A stretch of 64,000 bases of DNA from an uncultured Planctomycetota bacterium (lineage in GTDB: Bacteria; Planctomycetota; Phycisphaerae; Tepidisphaerales; Tepidisphaeraceae), in the NCBI GenBank assembly GCA_963841915.1, contig CAWJEN010000001.1, positions 47,648-111,647 on the forward strand, in the 5' to 3' direction. The notes below the pieces were generated by a model. It ran no database searches. It had not been told where the DNA came from and saw only the letters and a list, made by a program, of their open reading frames with translations. This document shows positions 9,319 through 19,669 of this stretch, piece after piece. Both the position numbers and the translations under genes were made by a program. Position 1 is the first letter of the stretch, and each line of letters begins with the position of its first letter.

Positions 9319-10869
9319 ATGCGCGGCGTGATCGTGATGTTCGACAGCCTCAACCGCCACCTGCTGTCGGCGTACGGGTGCGGCTTCAGCCACACGCCGA
9401 ACTTCCAACGCCTTGCCCGCCGAACCTGCACGTTCGACACGAGCTACGTCTGCTCGATGCCCTGCATGCCCGCGCGGCGGGACCTGCACACGGGCAGGCC
9501 GAACTTCCTCCATCGCGGGTGGGGCCCGCTCGAGCCGTACGACGTCAGCGTCTTCGAGGCGCTGCGCCGCGAGGCCGGCGTGCACAGCCACCTCGTCACC
9601 GACCACTACCACTACTTCGAGGACGGCGCCGGCGGGACGTACCACAACCGCTACTCGACCTACGAGCAGGTCCGCGGCCAGGAGGGCGATCACTGGGCCG
9701 GGCGCGTCGGCGACGTCGGCGACCTGCTCCCGAAGAACGGCGGCATCGGACGCAACGGCGGGGCGTTCGAAGGTGCGGCTGCGGCACGGCAGGACTACGT
9801 CAACAGGTCTCGCTGGCGCGACGATGACGCCAAACGCCCCATGACGGAAACCTTCCGGCTCGGCCGGGAGTTCGTTCGCGAGAACGCGAGCAACGACAAC
9901 TGGCTGCTGCACGTTGAGACGTTCGACCCACACGAGCCGTTCGACGCGCCGGCTTGGGCGAAGGACCTCGCCGCCGAGCATTTCGAGAACTATGACGGCT
10001 CGGCCTACGACTGGCCCGTTTACGACTACGCGTCGAAGCGCTCGACGCAAGAGCAACTCGAGCATTTGCGTCAGAATTACCTCGCGTTGCTCGCGGCGTG
10101 CGACGCCGAGCTGGGTCGGGTGCTCGACTTGTTCGACGAGCTTTCACTGTGGGACGACACGGCGCTCTATGTCTGCACCGATCATGGCTTCTTTCTCGGT
10201 GAGCGCGATTGCCTTGGAAAGATGTGGATGCCGTGGTGGGACACGCTGGCGAGGACACCGTTTTTCGCCCACGACCCCCGTGAGCCCGCGGCGGCGGGGC
10301 AGCGACGCAAGAGCCTGGTGCAGCCAATGCTCGATCTCGGGCCGACTCTTTGCGAATTGTTCGGCGTCGACCCGTCGATCGCACTGCCGGTGGCGACGGG
10401 CACCTCGATGCGGCCGACGCTGTCGCGGGACGAGTCGATCCGGGAGGCGGGCCTGTTCGGCATGTTCGGTCAACAGGTGAACGTGACCGACGGCCGCCAC
10501 GTCTACATGCGCGCCGGCGACGGCACCGTCCCGCCCGCCTACACGCTGATGCCGGCCGACATGAAGGAGCCGTTCCCCGTCTCGTCGTTCACTAAAGACA
10601 ACGGCGTCTCGATGGCCGGCCCCTTCGACTTCACGCAGGAAGCGCAGGTCATGCGGATCCCGCGGCCGGCGAACTGGCTCGGCAACGACGGCGCCCAGCA
10701 CCCGGATCGCGCGAGGACGCTGCTCTATGACGTTGAAGTCGACCCCGGCCAAGAGCGGCCGCTCGACGACCCGCAGGTCGCCTCGCAGATGGAAGCGCAC
10801 CTGATTCGACTGATGGATGAGGCTGATGCGCCCGCCGAGCAAGCGAGCCGACTCGGACTTGCAAAGTGA
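9319..10869 (+). CDS. Formylglycine-dependent sulfatase (no signal peptide)
   Basis: CMPARRDLHTGR (C-x-P-x-R), DPHEPF, TDHG motifs. Confidence 0.92.
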   Translation: MRGVIVMFDSLNRHLLSAYGCGFSHTPNFQRLARRTCTFDTSYVCSMPCMPARRDLHTGRPNFLHRGWGPLEPYDVSVFEALRREAGVHSHLVTDHYHYFEDGAGGTYHNRYSTYEQVRGQEGDHWAGRVGDVGDLLPKNGGIGRNGGAFEGAAAARQDYVNRSRWRDDDAKRPMTETFRLGREFVRENASNDNWLLHVETFDPHEPFDAPAWAKDLAAEHFENYDGSAYDWPVYDYASKRSTQEQLEHLRQNYLALLAACDAELGRVLDLFDELSLWDDTALYVCTDHGFFLGERDCLGKMWMPWWDTLARTPFFAHDPREPAAAGQRRKSLVQPMLDLGPTLCELFGVDPSIALPVATGTSMRPTLSRDESIREAGLFGMFGQQVNVTDGRHVYMRAGDGTVPPAYTLMPADMKEPFPVSSFTKDNGVSMAGPFDFTQEAQVMRIPRPANWLGNDGAQHPDRARTLLYDVEVDPGQERPLDDPQVASQMEAHLIRLMDEADAPAEQASRLGLAK

Positions 10870-10889
10870 ACGCACGACGAGGCACGCCA

Positions 10890-12440
10890 ATGAAAAATCT
10901 CATCGAACTGATGACGATCGTCATCGCGGCTGCCGCGTCGCCGGCACTGGCAGAACTTCGCCTGCCAGCGATCATTAGCGATCACATGATGCTGCAGGCT
11001 GACGTGCCGGCGCGGATCTGGGGAGACGCCACACCGGGTGTTCCCGTGACCGTCTCATTCGCCGGGCAATCCGTTGCCGCAGCAGCGGACGACGAGGGCC
11101 GTTGGTCCGTGCAGCTCGGAGAGCTCTCGCCTACGAGCGAGGGGAGCCCGCTCGTCATCGAAGGTGACGGCGAACGCCTTGAGATCGACGACGTGGTCGT
11201 CGGCGAAGTGTGGCTTTGCGGCGGGCAGTCGAACATGGAGTGGCCGGTCGGTCGCACAACGGATGCCCAGCCGCTTCCACCTGCGTCGGGGCGTCCGACG
11301 ATGCGCCTGTTCGACGTCGCTTTCGATGCCGCCTGGACGCCCGCGGATGATGTCGAAAGCTAATGGAAAGTCGCGTCGACCGAGACCATCGAGGATTTTT
11401 CTGCCGTCGGATATGGCTTCGGTCTGACGCTCCTCAGCCGCCTCGATCGGCCCGTCGGCCTCATCGGAAGCAACGTCGGCGGCACACCAGCCGAGGCGTG
11501 GCTCCCACGTGACGCAATCCGCGGCAACCCGGCGCTCGAGCGACTAAAGCGGCGACTCGCCGCACTTGAGGAGGCCCACCCCGATCTCGCCGACATGTTC
11601 CCCCGCTATTTTCAGCAGTGGATCGATGAGATCGAGGCGTGGCAGGACGCGGTCGCCGAATGGCGGAAATTCCCCGCAGCGACCCGTGGACCTCAGCCGC
11701 GAAACGAGGGCGGGGCGCCCGTCAAGAAGCAGACGCCAAGCGTGCTTTACGACGCGATGATCGCGCCGCTGACGCCTTACGCCATCCGTGGCGCGATCTG
11801 GTATCAGGGTAAGGTGAACGCCCGCGTCGGCGAGGAGTATGCAGAGCTTCTGCCGACGCTGATCCGCAGTTGGCGCGACGCTTGGGGCGAGCCCGATCTG
11901 CCGTTCTACTTCGTGCGATTGTCCAACTTCGACACTGGCGACGCCGAGGGGTGGGCGGCCATCCGCCAAGCGATGCTTGAGGCGTGGCAGGCAATGTCCC
12001 ACACCGGCATGGCGGTGACGAGCGGCGTCGGCAGCGACCGCAGAATCCATCCGAAGCAGAAGCGCGTCGTCGCCGAACGCCTTGCTCGCTTCGCGCTGCG
12101 TGACACCTAGGGCATTTCGGACGTCGTCGCGGGCGGACCCGTGGCTCGATCCGCATCTGCCGAGGGTTCAGTCGTACGTATCGCCTTTGACAAGCTTGGC
12201 GGCGGACTTGCTCCGGCAGGCGAAACAACTGAAGGATTCGAGCTGTCCGTCGATGGCAAGCGATTCAAGTCGACGACGGCACGGGTGGACGGGGACGTGG
12301 TCGTCCTCGACAACATGATTGGGTTCACACCGGCGGTGGTGCGTTACGCGTGGAGTGCCACGCCAATACCAACGCTGCTCAACGCGGAGGGTCTACCTGC
12401 GACGCCGGTTCGTCTTCATGTGGAGCAGAGAGTTGGTTAG
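10890..12440 (+). pseudogene. Sialate O-acetylesterase (SGNH) pseudogene with two in-frame stops
   Basis: One frame: LPAIISDHMMLQ, GEVWLCGGQSNM, TAA 11361-63, FSAVGYGFG, GGTPAEAW, IRGAIWYQG, IHP, TAG 12108-10, VRYAW...GLPATP. Confidence 0.85.
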
Positions 12441-12757
12441 TAGGCAAGGTGGCGACGCGCGATGCCTAGCCCGAGCGGCTGCTGGAGCGCGAGAGGCACG
12501 ATTGGCGTCTTCTTCAAGGAACAGCGTACAGAGCAGCTAGCATCGTCGTCACTCATTAGTTCGCCGCGACTTCCCAGGGTGCTTGAATGTTTTCCGGCAG
12601 TGACGCTTGCACGGGGGTCGCTAATTGCCGCTTTGAAGACGTCCGGCGTCGCGCCCTGACGGTTCCGCAGGAGGGCCTTGACCTTCTTCCGTGCCTTCTC
12701 GATCGGGTTCAAGTCTGGCGAATACGGCGGTAGGTATGCAACGCTGGCTCCAGCAGT
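12437..12757 (-). mobile_element. IS630-family transposase C-terminal remnant
   Basis: Translates to AGASVAYLPPYSPDLNPIEKARKKVKALLR, the IS630/Tc1 DDE C-terminal signature. Confidence 0.75.
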
Positions 12758-13135
12758 GTAAGCCTTCCACCATCGGCCTTTACCGGCTTGGCTGGCTCAA
12801 CCCGACGAGGTCGGGATGACGTAGCACGAGGCGAACGGGCGGGGCGCCAAGCAGTGGCGGGCGCTGCTCGACAAGCAGGAGACGTCGGAGTCGTCGATCG
12901 CCGAGTTCTGCGGGGAGCGGGACGTGGCGGCGGTAAGCTTCTACCACTACTGGCGGCTGCTGCGCAGCGGCACGGACTAGGCCGGCGACGCCCGGGGCGA
13001 GGAAGTAGCGCCGCGGGTGGTCCGGCTCAAGGCGTTCGAGGCGGACGCCGACGACGCGTTCGCCACGCATGCGGTCGAGGCGGAGCTGACCGCGCTGCGG
13101 GGAGCCACGCTGCGCAGCAGGGTTGACGACATTAA
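12758..13135 (+). mobile_element. IS66-family left end with a degenerate TnpA accessory gene
   Basis: GTAAGC terminus at 12758; MT*...KQWRALLDKQETSESSIAEFCGERDVAAVSFYHYWR resembles the IS66 TnpA HTH; no TnpB/TnpC follows. Confidence 0.6.
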
Positions 13136-14337
13136 GACGCCGATTAACTCAGCCGCCGTTCCAAACGCCAGACGACTCGCCACGACTTTAGCGACCTGCC
13201 GCACCGCATTCGGCAGGTGTTTAAGCTTCTTCCGAGTCATGACGCGGGCATCGCTCGGCGGCGTTGCATCGGGTGCCGCCTGGCCGACCGGGTGGATCGA
13301 CACGGGTGTTGCATTCCAAGCTCCACCGGCCGTCTGGCCCCTGATTCAACTCGAGTTCCGGCCGCTGGATGGCAAACCGAGGTGGCTGCCGAGCCGCTCC
13401 ACCGTGTCCTCGTTCGCTTCGAGAGTATCCGGCTGGAAAATCACCCGACTCCTAATGCATTGAGCCGGACGAGCAGCGTGTTCCTGTCGCCGTACTCATC
13501 GCGTACTAAAACCTCTGCCCTGACCACCTCATCCGGGTCGGCCGCCTTGGGTGCTGGACCGCAGCCATCTCTTGGAGCAGGTGCTTTTAAGCCAGCGGTT
13601 CCGGCTCGTCGTCCGCCACCGACTTGAGCTTGCTGACCGCAATATGCAGTTACGATCCCTCACGAACTTGTCCGCCTCACGTCGTGCCCCGGCGACTGGA
13701 TCGGCTTGCTCATCAACCGACTATCATGCGCCGGCCAGCCGGTCGCGGCTGCTCTCTACCCACTCCGGATTGTGGTCGAGGCCCCGTCTTGCCGCCTCGT
13801 CGAGATCGTTCATCTGGCTCTTCTGCGACAAGAGCTGCTGGCTGATCTCATCGGCGAGTTCAATCTGCGCCCGCGTGGCCTCACAGCATCGCTCGGCGGA
13901 CCTGCGGCGGTACAACTGCTCAACGAGCGAACTGCCCATCAGGAGGATAACTGGTTCTGCGAGCATGGCTCGACGAGTTGCAATGCCGGGCGTAGGCCGA
14001 GCAAGGGACTCTGCGTCCGCACCCCGCGAAGCGGAGCGGCCGGTGACAACGGCGGCGACCTGCAATCCTGCCGGGCGGAAACGGCCGTCTCTGGAGTACC
14101 GCCACCCTCACCGCCCGCGACGCGTCACTCACCTCCCGCTCCGTTGCCCGCATGGCGAGAGCGTGTATCAATCAGTTTCGGCGGCTTGGCCATTTCCAGG
14201 TCGAGCCAGACATTACTGACGCCGGCCGCAGCGTCAACTTGGCGAGCCTGCCATGTGCGTCCGAACGAGTCAGTCATGGACCACGAGCAACCTGATGCAG
14301 CCGGCGGTGCGATATCCTCCAATTAACATTGCGGCCG

Positions 14338-14437
14338 TCGATCTGCCGCAGCCCGGTCAGCTGCACGGCGGGACAATCTACATTGGGAGAGACGGCATTG
14401 ATTAGGGTGCCGCTTTCACCGTGTCGCTCCCTCTTCG
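14338..14437 (+). pseudogene. Histidine kinase HATPase C-terminal fragment
   Basis: SICRSPV/(frameshift)LHGGTIYIGRDGID*GAAFTVSLP matches the post-G2-box end of sensor kinases. Confidence 0.55.
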
Positions 14438-14705
14438 CACTTGTAGCTGCCGCCGAGAGGAGGGTTGCAGCGCGAAGCTCGTGCTGGGTCCCCCGCGCAA
14501 CGTCAACATGTGAGGTCGTCGGTGATACGGCTGCCGCTAGTCCGATTGACGCACCGCTCGACGATCGTGCGACGGCAGCAGGGCTCGACCGAAGGTCCAC
14601 CGTCATCCATGTATAGCGAATCGAATGGCTTCTAAACGAGGCGGATCGAGGATAGATGAGCAGCGGGATATCTCGGACGCCTCCATTGCCCACTAGCGTG
14701 CCGAC

Positions 14706-16349
14706 ATGTCCAGTCGCCCTGAAGATCTGTTCAACCGAAGCGGCATCATTCGTAGCGGCTTTGATCTATCCGTCTATACGGATCGCGAGCCGAGTGGTCT
14801 CGGTGGCACCCATCACGGCTGGGGCGGGCTCGACCACAGTGGGGTCGGCAACGCACTCGTCGACATGGTCATGGTCACGGCTCCTTGGGGGCAGACACAT
14901 GTCGCGCCGAGCCTTGCCGACTTCAGCGTTGTTAATCGCCGCATTGATGACCTTGTCGCAGCCAACAAGCGGGTGTATCTCTACCCTCACGTCGCCTTTC
15001 CGCCGGCGTGGGCGGACGTCGCCGTTGTCAATCCGGAATTCGGGTGGATTGACTACTTTGACCCCGAGGCGCACGAGCGGCAGTGCGAGTGGCTCTCGCT
15101 CCTTGCCCGCCACTTTGGCAAGGACGAGCGCGTGACAGCCATCCGCATGGCAAGCTTCGAGCATGGTGAGGCATGGGTCACGGGTGTGCCGATGCAGACG
15201 TTGCGAGAGGGTGCCCGCCGGCAGGACGTCACCCTGGCGGAGGCGGCCGAGCCTTTCCTCTGGCGCATCTACGAGACGTTCTTGGAGCACGCCGACCCGC
15301 ACCGCCTCGTTGCGCACGGCGGCGGCCTGCAGGGCAGTTGCGTGCGGCGTGCCGTCGAGGCTGGCTGCGGTCACGGCAATGGGACGCTGCTGCTCGACTT
15401 CGCCGGCCAGAACCACTACCCGCTCAACGGCGAGCTCGGCGACGGCCACTTTCGCCTGCCATCGCTTCGCGAGGTCGGCAACGGCGGACACTACTTCGCC
15501 GAGCGGCAGTGCGGCGAGGCCTGGATCATGCGCGGTGACGCGTTCGTCCAATGGCTCATCTTCAACTTTGCGACCGCCGTCGCGCAGAAGGTGTCATACC
15601 TGATGCTTCCGGAGGCGCTCCTCAACGGCCGCGACTCCGAGCGTCTGCCTCAACACGACGCGGCCGTCATCCGCGGGGCCGACGAGCCCCTCGTCTCGCC
15701 CGACACGACGGGTCGCCTGACGCGACGCAACGACGAGGACATCAGCGGCTGGCGTCACGAGCCGTGGCACACGGAGGCGGTCTGGTGGCTGCGGTCGCTG
15801 TTGGGCACGAGCGAGCACGACACGCCTGAGGCGTTCGTGCAGCTGTCGAGCCACCACCTTGCCGAGACCGAGACGGACGTGGGCGCGATCGAGCACGCGG
15901 CGACGTTGGACCTCGAGATACCAATGGTGCCGGTGAAGGAGTTTGATGCTGGTGCCGGCGCGGAGTTCCAGCGGGAGCTGTTCGGCCACCGCAAGTCGCA
16001 CTTCGCCAAGCGAACCGACAAGCAGCAGGGGGGCGACCGGTTCCGGGTGCGGCTCGATCCGCGGTTCACGAAGTCGCTGGTCGGTCTGGGTGGTGAGCTG
16101 GTGGAGGTCCGGGTGACGTACGAGGACGCCGGTTACGATTCGTTCAGCGTGTCCTACCCGCGGCGACACCATGGGCCGGAAGCCGTAGCGGGCCGGGTGC
16201 GATTGACGAATCCTGGCCTCTGGCGGACCGCGTGTTTCCTGCTCGTTGACCCGCAGTTATCATCGGACGGGTCGATGCAGATCGACATCGTGTCGGAAGG
16301 AAGCGGCGACCTGACCGTTGCCCTGATCCGCGTGCTCAAGCAGAGCTGA
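14706..16349 (+). CDS. Uncharacterised protein, putative clan GH-A-like TIM-barrel glycoside hydrolase; paralogue of 24722..26332
   Basis: 547-aa ORF with coding-like codon bias; W...DFS..., PxW, GWIDY, FEHGE, YFAE pattern; no signal peptide. Confidence 0.7.
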   Translation: MSSRPEDLFNRSGIIRSGFDLSVYTDREPSGLGGTHHGWGGLDHSGVGNALVDMVMVTAPWGQTHVAPSLADFSVVNRRIDDLVAANKRVYLYPHVAFPPAWADVAVVNPEFGWIDYFDPEAHERQCEWLSLLARHFGKDERVTAIRMASFEHGEAWVTGVPMQTLREGARRQDVTLAEAAEPFLWRIYETFLEHADPHRLVAHGGGLQGSCVRRAVEAGCGHGNGTLLLDFAGQNHYPLNGELGDGHFRLPSLREVGNGGHYFAERQCGEAWIMRGDAFVQWLIFNFATAVAQKVSYLMLPEALLNGRDSERLPQHDAAVIRGADEPLVSPDTTGRLTRRNDEDISGWRHEPWHTEAVWWLRSLLGTSEHDTPEAFVQLSSHHLAETETDVGAIEHAATLDLEIPMVPVKEFDAGAGAEFQRELFGHRKSHFAKRTDKQQGGDRFRVRLDPRFTKSLVGLGGELVEVRVTYEDAGYDSFSVSYPRRHHGPEAVAGRVRLTNPGLWRTACFLLVDPQLSSDGSMQIDIVSEGSGDLTVALIRVLKQS

Positions 16350-16367
16350 GCGAGCTGCCACCATCGC

Positions 16368-17630
16368 TCAGGTCGTCGGCGGCTTCACGGACTTGCCTTC
16401 GCGGAGCGTGCAGGTGACCGACGTCACGCCAATCGGATGCTGACCGGCGTGGACGTCGATCGCCAGCCGCGCCAGGCGTCGGCCCATCGCGTAAAGCGGC
16501 AGCTCGATGACGGTCGGCCGCACGCCGAGCCAATCGACGAGGTGCGGGTGTTGGTCGAACGTGATGATCGACAGATCCTCCGGCACCCGGTGGCCGGTGA
16601 TGCGGATCGCCTCGCCCAGCACTTGCGCCATGATGTAGCTGGCGCACACAATCGCGGTCGGCTTGTGCTTCTCCAAGTACGCCGCCGTCCTCACGGCCTG
16701 CTCCTGGATGAACACCTTCGGTGAGTCGGGCGGCGTAATGATCGGCACGTCGGCGAAGTGGACCAGCTGCGAGTTCGTGTCCAGCTCCATGGCGGCCGTC
16801 GTCTCAATGAACGAGCGGCAACGATCGAGCGTCCATCTCGCCATCATGTCGACGATGCCCAACCCGATCCGGCGATGGCCGGCCTCGACGAGGTGGCGGA
16901 CGGCGAGTGCCATGCCCTGACGGTTGTCCTCGACCACGAGTGGCACGCCCGCGTCGATCAGGCGGGTGCCAGCGGCAACAACGGGAACGCCAAACCGCTG
17001 CATTGTCGCGGCGAAGGCCGGCATGTGCGTGTCGGGCGCGAGGCAAATCAGCACGTCAGGCTTGCTCCCGCGGAGCCGGCGGAGCAGCACGTCCGGATCA
17101 CGCTCGTCGTGCCGCTGGCCCACGAGCTCGACCTGCACCGTCGCCTCCTTCTCCTCGGCCGCCTCGGCGACGACCCCCTGCAGAACGCTCGGCGAGAACC
17201 AGTCGCCCTCGAGATCGCTCAGGTTGAAGATCAGCACGGCCACGCGGATGACGCCCTGGCTCGTCGCCTCGGTCGGCGTGGACGTCGGCGCACGCCGCAT
17301 CGGCAAGTCGGGTGTGGCCGTCGCCGCCCGACGCGTCAGGAAGCTGCCGCGGCCCGCCTCGCGACGGACCCAACCGTCCGCCTGCAGCGCGCCGACCGCT
17401 CGCCGCACGGTCGAGCGGCTCAGGCCCGTGCCCTGCACGAGCTCGAGATCCGTCGGGAAGGACGAGCCGGCCTCGAGCTCCGACGACCGCAGGTAGGCCT
17501 CAATCTGATCTCGCAATGCCACCACGGCACCCCTGGCCGGGAAGGTTACTTCGGCGAGCCGGTCCACCAGGTCGGACGTCCGGTGCCTCGAATCGGCGGT
17601 CTCGGGCTTCTTGACGGATGGATCAGGCAT
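16368..17630 (-). CDS. GntR-type HTH fused to a LacI-type sugar-binding domain (AraR-like regulator)
   Basis: FPTDLELVQGTGLSRSTVRRAV...GRGSF N-terminus; DNRQGMALAVRHLVEAGHRRIG and VPEDLSIITFD C-terminus. Confidence 0.88.
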   Translation of the reverse strand: MPDPSVKKPETADSRHRTSDLVDRLAEVTFPARGAVVALRDQIEAYLRSSELEAGSSFPTDLELVQGTGLSRSTVRRAVGALQADGWVRREAGRGSFLTRRAATATPDLPMRRAPTSTPTEATSQGVIRVAVLIFNLSDLEGDWFSPSVLQGVVAEAAEEKEATVQVELVGQRHDERDPDVLLRRLRGSKPDVLICLAPDTHMPAFAATMQRFGVPVVAAGTRLIDAGVPLVVEDNRQGMALAVRHLVEAGHRRIGLGIVDMMARWTLDRCRSFIETTAAMELDTNSQLVHFADVPIITPPDSPKVFIQEQAVRTAAYLEKHKPTAIVCASYIMAQVLGEAIRITGHRVPEDLSIITFDQHPHLVDWLGVRPTVIELPLYAMGRRLARLAIDVHAGQHPIGVTSVTCTLREGKSVKPPTT

Positions 17631-17731
17631 CGTGGTGCATCGTGAGGTCTTAGCAGTCACGCGTCAAATGATTCAGTAGCCTTTTCGAACCCTTTGCGGG
17701 CTACATTACAGCGTAGGGGCGGAAAAACATA

Positions 17732-17759
17732 TTGACGTTGAAGCGACTTGTGGTATCTT
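17732..17759 (+). promoter_or_regulatory. Candidate sigma70 promoter of the 17828-26332 operon
   Basis: TTGACG, 16-nt spacer, extended -10 TGgTATCTT in the divergent intergenic region. Confidence 0.5.
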
Positions 17760-17827
17760 CGGAAAACGGTTCAGAGTTGATTCAGGCGAAGCCGCCTGGC
17801 CTGAACCCATTTTCGGAGGAGTTTCCT

Positions 17828-18633
17828 ATGCGGTCCACTTTTGCCACCCTTGCTCTGACGACCGCGGCTGCGGCCGTCGTCGTCCCCGCTAGCCTCGCCT
17901 CAGCGGCTATGCTCGTCGAAGACTTCGACGGCGAGACCACCGCGAGCCAGTCACTTTCGCTCGTCAGCTCCAACGCCAACGGCGCGTTCGCGATCGTCAA
18001 CCAAGGCGTCGGCGACGACGCCTTGGAGCTGACCAATTCCGGCCCCGGCGTTGTTCGGCGCAAACCACGGACGCCACGCCTTTCAGCGCGTTCTCGGTGG
18101 CTGCCGACGTCACGCCGACGACGCTCAATTTCACGGCCTCGGTGCAGGGTGTGTTTGCCCTCGGCGGTGGCCTGCTCGACTACGACGGGGATGAGGCGGG
18201 ATACAGCCTGAACCTGTACAACACCAGCTTCAACAGCAGCGACTTCGTTGTTCGGCTGCTAGATGATGATGCCGTCCTTGCAGAATCCGCAGTCTTCGAC
18301 ATCACCGCCAGCGGCGGCTCGGCAGGCACGTACACCCTGAGCCTCGTCGGCAGCGTGCTGGCGTCGGGCGATCTGGACCTAGTCGGCTCGCTGACCCCGG
18401 ATCCGCTGAGCAACCCGAACGCGATCGCTCCGATCGTGCTGAGCTCGACCGTCGCCGCCGGCGACATTGAGTCGCGGAGCAGCCTCTACGGCGTGCGTCA
18501 GAGCACGTATGGTAACAACACAGCGCAAATCTCGTATGACAATGTCGCCGTCAATGTCGTGCCCGTCCCGGAACCGACCGCCGTCGCAGGCGTCATGGGC
18601 CTTGCTGGCCTGATGCTGAAGCGCCGCCGCTGA
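17828..18633 (+). CDS. PEP-CTERM protein, split by a single-base frameshift near 18053 (error or pseudogenisation)
   Basis: GGAGGA RBS; signal MRSTFATLALTTAAAAVVVPASLASA; second frame ends VPEPTAVAGVMGLAGLMLKRRR. Confidence 0.8.
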
Positions 18634-18647
18634 ATCCTCCTTATCCA

Positions 18648-18680
18648 GTCGCCTTGTCCGGAAGCGGGCAAGGCGGCTTT
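18648..18680 (+). terminator. Hairpin + U tract after the PEP-CTERM gene (terminator/attenuator)
   Basis: gtcgccttgtccg-gaag-cgggcaaggcggc-ttt. Confidence 0.55.
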
Positions 18681-18735
18681 CTGGCCCGGCACCTCGCCGA
18701 CGCCGACCCTTCGCGTTTCGCCTGAGGAGGCTGCC

Positions 18736-19605
18736 ATGTCTTACCGCACCCGCGCCCGTTCCGCCTTCACGCTGGTGGAACTACTCGTTGTCATTGGCAT
18801 CATCGCGCTGTTGATCTCGATCTTGCTGCCGACGCTCAACTCGGCCCGTCGGTCGGCATCGAGCGTCGCCTGCCTTTCCAACCTGCGCCAGATCGGCGTG
18901 GCCATCACCGGCTACACCTTCGAGAACGGTGGACACTTCCCAATCGCCGAGGTTGGAGGTTGGTACACCGGGACCGGCAGCGGCACCGACTGGCCTATCT
19001 TGGTGAGCGACTATCTCGGCACGACGGAGGGTGCCGACTGGGCCACCGCCGGCGGCGAGAACACGACGGAAGCCTTCCTCTGTGCCAGTGGCGTCCGCAT
19101 CGGCAACGATGGCAATTCGCGGACGCACTACAGCGTCCACCCAGGGATGATGCCGAACTTGTACTTTTCCAAGGACCCGATGGCCGACAACCCGCCGACT
19201 TCGGGATCGCCACAGTCGCTGAAGACGACGCAGGTCGGCAACGCCACCGAGACGGCGATGGCTTGGGACGGGGTGCAGAATCTCGATGAATCAAGCCCGA
19301 CGGCAGGATCGGCATCTTACGCGGGAACCGGCCTTGATTGGAAAGATTCGAGCGGCAACATTGTTGGCTACTACACGTGGTGGAAGAGCTGCCGGGAGTC
19401 CTACTGGATGAACAGCGAACCGGCCGCACTGGATAATCCGGTGCGAGCTTTTCTCGGAGACGCGCCTGGCCAAACCGAACCGTTCGGTAAGCCAAGGCTT
19501 CGCCACGGCGACGATGACAAAACGAACTACGTCTTCGTCGACGGCCACGCCGTGTCGCTGGCAGAATCCAACGCGAAGATGAAGCTGTTTCTTCTGAAAA
19601 AGTAG
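18736..19605 (+). CDS. Prepilin-type N-terminal cleavage/methylation protein (DUF1559-like, H..DGH C-terminus)
   Basis: [35 protein letters not shown]...NYVFVDGHA; GAGGAGG RBS. Confidence 0.9.
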   Translation: MSYRTRARSAFTLVELLVVIGIIALLISILLPTLNSARRSASSVACLSNLRQIGVAITGYTFENGGHFPIAEVGGWYTGTGSGTDWPILVSDYLGTTEGADWATAGGENTTEAFLCASGVRIGNDGNSRTHYSVHPGMMPNLYFSKDPMADNPPTSGSPQSLKTTQVGNATETAMAWDGVQNLDESSPTAGSASYAGTGLDWKDSSGNIVGYYTWWKSCRESYWMNSEPAALDNPVRAFLGDAPGQTEPFGKPRLRHGDDDKTNYVFVDGHAVSLAESNAKMKLFLLKK

Positions 19606-19669
19606 GTTCTTCACCTCAACCACAACAGGTTCTTCGTCCTATCCACGCCTTGATCTGAGGAGGATCATC

